From Podospora anserina (taxonomy: Eukaryota): a DNA stretch of 64,000 bases. The first letter of the stretch is position 1. The number at the start of each line of letters is the position of its first letter. This document shows positions 60,728 through 64,000 of the stretch, in pieces. The notes below the pieces were generated by a model. That model had not been told where the DNA came from and did not search any database. It worked only from the letters and a program-made list of their open reading frames with translations. The stretch lies in contig JAFMPO010000001.1 in the NCBI GenBank assembly GCA_017654855.1, positions 186,001 to 250,000 of the forward strand, written 5' to 3'. The position numbers and the translations under genes are program-made.

Positions 60728-62230
60728 ATGTTCACCCTCACGCGATTCACGCGACACACAATCCTCATCCTTTTCTTCATCACACTCTCTGTTCTATTTT
60801 ATCACTCTTACAGAAATCCGCCAACGCAGAAAGGCTCCTCATTTCTTACATCAATCCCAGAAATTCTGAAGCCTCTCACTTCTGGGAAGCATCCCCCGCC
60901 GCGATACAAGCCAACACCATCATGGCTCCCTCCACCCGTTTTCGACCCATTCCCCTTGCTGGCGAATACCGCCGCCGATCCCCCACCAATACCCGAGTAC
61001 AATATTCCTCGTCCTGAAATGCACAAGGAATACGGCCTCGACCGCGCCCCCCCGCTCTTCATCGGCTTCACCCGACAGTGGCCCATGCTCCTCCAAGCAG
61101 TCGTCAGCTACATCACCGCGGGGTGGCCGCCAGAGAACATCTACGTGGTTGAAAACACCGGAGTGCACAACATGAACAAGCAAGGCAGACTCACCCTCCA
61201 GAACCCTTTCTACCTCAACCACACCACCCTCCACCGACTGGGCGTCACCGTAATCCAAACCCCCGTTCTGCTTACCTTTGCCCAAATGCAAAACTTCTTT
61301 CTGTCGATAGCCTACCAGGAAGACCACCCCTATTACTTCTACAGTCACCAAGATGTCCTCGTCTTCTCGTTTGAGGAAGGCCTCGACTTCATCAGCCGAC
61401 CGGCAGACGGCAACTGGGAATTCTACAGCGAGGCGGAGAAGAAGGAGATATTGTCTCCTGTCCAGGCCGGCAAAGAGGGCTACCGGACGATTTACGAGAA
61501 CTGCCTCCGCGACTTGCAAACAGTGATCAAAAGAAAGGAGCGCTGGGGTTTTAGATGGTATCAATACGACCACTTGACGCTTGTCAACAGGGAGGCAATG
61601 GAGGCTGTAGGCGGGTGGGACTCCCTGATTCCGTACTATGCAACGGACTGCGATATGAATGGCAAGATGGGGATGGACGGGTGGACCATGAAGCCGAGGA
61701 GGGTGGGGATTATCAATGATGTTTCCACCGTGCTGGAGGACTTGGAAGTACTCTATCGGAACAAGTACAAGATGCCAAAGTTTATCGATCCAGCGCCGTT
61801 GCCGCCGGAGAAGGAGGCAAAGATCGCAAAGGCCAAGGCGGAAAAGGAGGAGAAGGAGCGGAAGGAGAAGGAGGAAAAGGAGGGCAAGGCAAAGAGAGAG
61901 GAGCACGGATTGCCTGCTGATCAGCTGCAGTATTTCCGAGCTTTGAGGGCCGTGGGCGATGAGATGGGCAAGTACAAGTATCGGGATGGGGCTGAACAGC
62001 GGAACAACTGGCAACGGGCGCAACGAGGTGGTGAAGAAGAGCCGTTTTATTACAATGCGGATGGGTTTCATAGTGCCTTTTGGACGCTGACAGATGCCGG
62101 GAGACGCATCTACGAAGAGAAATGGGGTCATAGAGGTTGTGACTTGGCGTCTGGCACATCCCTGACGCTCAAGGACCAGTGGCGTGTGGAGAAGGACTGG
62201 GAAAAGAAGAAGGAGGACAAGAAAAATTAA
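60728..62230 (+). CDS. Type II membrane protein, putative GT-A fold glycosyltransferase
   Basis: N-terminal TM, Pro-rich stem, YVVENTG, HQDV and GGWD..IPYY.TDCD motifs. Confidence 0.6.
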   Translation: MFTLTRFTRHTILILFFITLSVLFYHSYRNPPTQKGSSFLTSIPEILKPLTSGKHPPPRYKPTPSWLPPPVFDPFPLLANTAADPPPIPEYNIPRPEMHKEYGLDRAPPLFIGFTRQWPMLLQAVVSYITAGWPPENIYVVENTGVHNMNKQGRLTLQNPFYLNHTTLHRLGVTVIQTPVLLTFAQMQNFFLSIAYQEDHPYYFYSHQDVLVFSFEEGLDFISRPADGNWEFYSEAEKKEILSPVQAGKEGYRTIYENCLRDLQTVIKRKERWGFRWYQYDHLTLVNREAMEAVGGWDSLIPYYATDCDMNGKMGMDGWTMKPRRVGIINDVSTVLEDLEVLYRNKYKMPKFIDPAPLPPEKEAKIAKAKAEKEEKERKEKEEKEGKAKREEHGLPADQLQYFRALRAVGDEMGKYKYRDGAEQRNNWQRAQRGGEEEPFYYNADGFHSAFWTLTDAGRRIYEEKWGHRGCDLASGTSLTLKDQWRVEKDWEKKKEDKKN

Positions 62231-62440
62231 TACCTTGGCTGATACAAAGGCCCTTAATGTTGGCGCATGATGGGAGTTCTTGCATTTGAAATGGAAAGTA
62301 TCACAATGAAAATTGTTGCTTATTCCACATTGAAGTTAACTCAAGCGTAAAGGTCGAACAAACACGCCTCGAACGCCAGAACCATTATCAATGACCGATC
62401 GCTCCCTTGCTTGACCCGCCGCCTTGCTTGACCCGCCGCT

Positions 62441-62713
62441 CTATTTAGAATCCTTGCTGAAGAATGCACCCTCGCCACCAAGCTCCTCGAGCTTCTGCTT
62501 GGAGTTTTCCTTGGACTGCTCGCTTGTGTCTTGGACTTTTGTTAGTACGAGGGTCTTGACGTGGACAGCTAACTTTGACTTACTTGGGTTGCTCAAATTG
62601 GCCTTGTGGCCGCGGGCCTGGTTGCTAATCTCCTCGGGAGCCTGAAGGGCATTTTCCTGAGCCGCATCGCCGACGATGTCACGCTGCTTGGGGTTCTTGC
62701 GGAGTTCAGGCAT
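62441..62713 (-). CDS. Small Con-6 (conidiation protein 6) family protein, one intron
   Basis: After removing the GTAAGT...CTAAC..AG intron it reads ARGHKANLSNP.TSEQSKENSKQKL. Confidence 0.7.
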   Translation of the reverse strand: MPELRKNPKQRDIVGDAAQENALQAPEEISNQARGHKANLSNPSKSKLAVHVKTLVLTKVQDTSEQSKENSKQKLEELGGEGAFFSKDSK

Positions 62714-63147
62714 GGTGATTGGTTTGACGAAGACTTGTCAAATGTCCTTGTGTGTTGATTGATGTGCTAATGGGCTGTTCAATTGCTGAGTGGATTGGGT
62801 TTCAACTCGTGTCAATGCGAAGGTGAAATTAAAAGACTCTGCGACTCGCGGCCTGGTCCGCTCTAAATAAGTAGGTAGGCACCTTGATATGAAGCATTGC
62901 TTTATTTATGACTCGTGACGCCATCAGTACATCATGACCATTGCTGTGCACCTGGCATGACATCACCACTCCGTATCAAACGGTGAAAGCTCGGAACACA
63001 TCATTTGGCAGACAATGACAAACTCTTTGATGATTGGATGAATTTTTGACAATGAAACGCACAACAAACAAACAAACAAACACCAAAGTTCGTCATGACC
63101 ATCTGCGCCCAGAAGCCCATCCCTGCTTGCAGCTGTCTTCACCACTT

Positions 63148-64000
63148 CTAGGTACCCTGAACAACGCTTGCGGCTTCCTCATCATTGCCAGGGGAAGTCA
63201 GTTTGATGACCAGCTCGGGATCCCGCGAATAGACACGGAGTCCAACAACAGCAACAGCGTTCCAGAGCGAAGGTTGATCCTCATCATCCTCCTCTTCGTC
63301 CTCGTCATTGTCATTTTCTTGCCTTCCCTGCCCACCTTGTTGGATTTCTTCACGACCGGCCGCAGCAGCTTGTGCCTCATCAGACCCTCCAGGTGTCTCC
63401 TCGCCAGTCTCAGTAACACTCGCCTTTTCTGCCTCTTCGTCCTCCTGTTCGGTTTCCCACCCATCACTAGAATCACCCTTCTTCTCCTCCTCCTTCTTGA
63501 AGGCCTTGGCATGGGCGAGATCAAAGCTTAAACCGACCTGCCTCAGCTTTTCTGGGCGGCGCCGAGCTGAGGCCTTGACAATCGCCTCGACAGGAGGCTT
63601 GCTTGTGTCGCGCTCGGCAGTGATCTTGGGCAGGACCTCGTAGATGCCTGGCTCAAGATCAATCTCGCAGTTGATGGACCGATTGGCGCGAAAGAAGTTC
63701 TCAGCCTGCGGACGGACGCGGCAGAGGTAGTCCCCTGGCTCGGCACCTTGCTTCTGGAGGATGAAGTGCAGAAGAAACGAGTATTCTCCCTCAAGGCCGT
63801 TGAAGTAACGGGTATCCAGCTGTCAAATGTCAGTCGAAGGCACTGGAGAAAATGCGGAGGTCAAGTTACCTGTTGCAGAACAAAGACAGCAGTGGTGGCT
63901 GTTTTGACCTCGATAACGAACTTGCGTTGCAAGTACCCAGAAACCCAGGCAACATTGACGTTTGTCCATTCTTGAGCCACGGCCCACTCGTCATCGAAGA
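63148..64000 (-). CDS. 3' part of a fungal calpain-like cysteine protease gene (partial)
   Basis: EW.V.QEWT.VNV.W, VFVLQQLDTRYF.GLEG.Y.F.LHF and terminal PWNAVAVVGLRVYS motifs. The catalytic domain lies outside the window. Confidence 0.7.

Noticed and set aside
1-64000. Starship captain (tyrosine recombinase), Spok meiotic driver, or NLR/HET genes
   Set aside because: No ORF with recognisable DUF3435, Spok, NACHT/NB-ARC, HET or HeLo features was seen in this window.

Overview
Filamentous ascomycete (Sordariomycete) genomic DNA. The RIP signature, intron style and LTR architecture fit Podospora or a relative; this is an inference. 1-15.2 kb is an AT-rich, RIP-degraded pile of nested Ty3/Gypsy retrotransposons. 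It holds two long elements head-to-head and at least five solo LTRs with readable 5-bp target-site duplications, including an LTR inserted inside another LTR. 15.4-34.7 kb is a mixed, accessory-like stretch: Ca2+/H+ exchanger, GPI protein with many Kex2 sites, CorA-like relic, tyrosinase, three zincin-like genes (two disabled), and a head-to-head zf-3CxxC / FtsJ-like methyltransferase pair. 34.7-51.1 kb is a 10-gene aromatic-catabolism cluster: gentisate-type cupin dioxygenase, GFA, FAH-family hydrolase, quinone/enone reductase, dienelactone hydrolase, HglS/YdcJ-type 2-oxoadipate dioxygenase, Zn2Cys6 regulator, carboxylesterase, VOC enzyme, and an FAD monooxygenase that looks RIP-hit. 52.8-59 kb is the best candidate for an undescribed system: an atypical (HSPA12-like) Hsp70, a tail-anchored AIG1/GIMAP-like GTPase and a coiled-coil protein with a GrpE-like C-terminus. 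The window ends with a putative glycosyltransferase, a Con-6-like gene and the 3' part of a calpain-like gene. Exon boundaries were read by eye and no searches were run.
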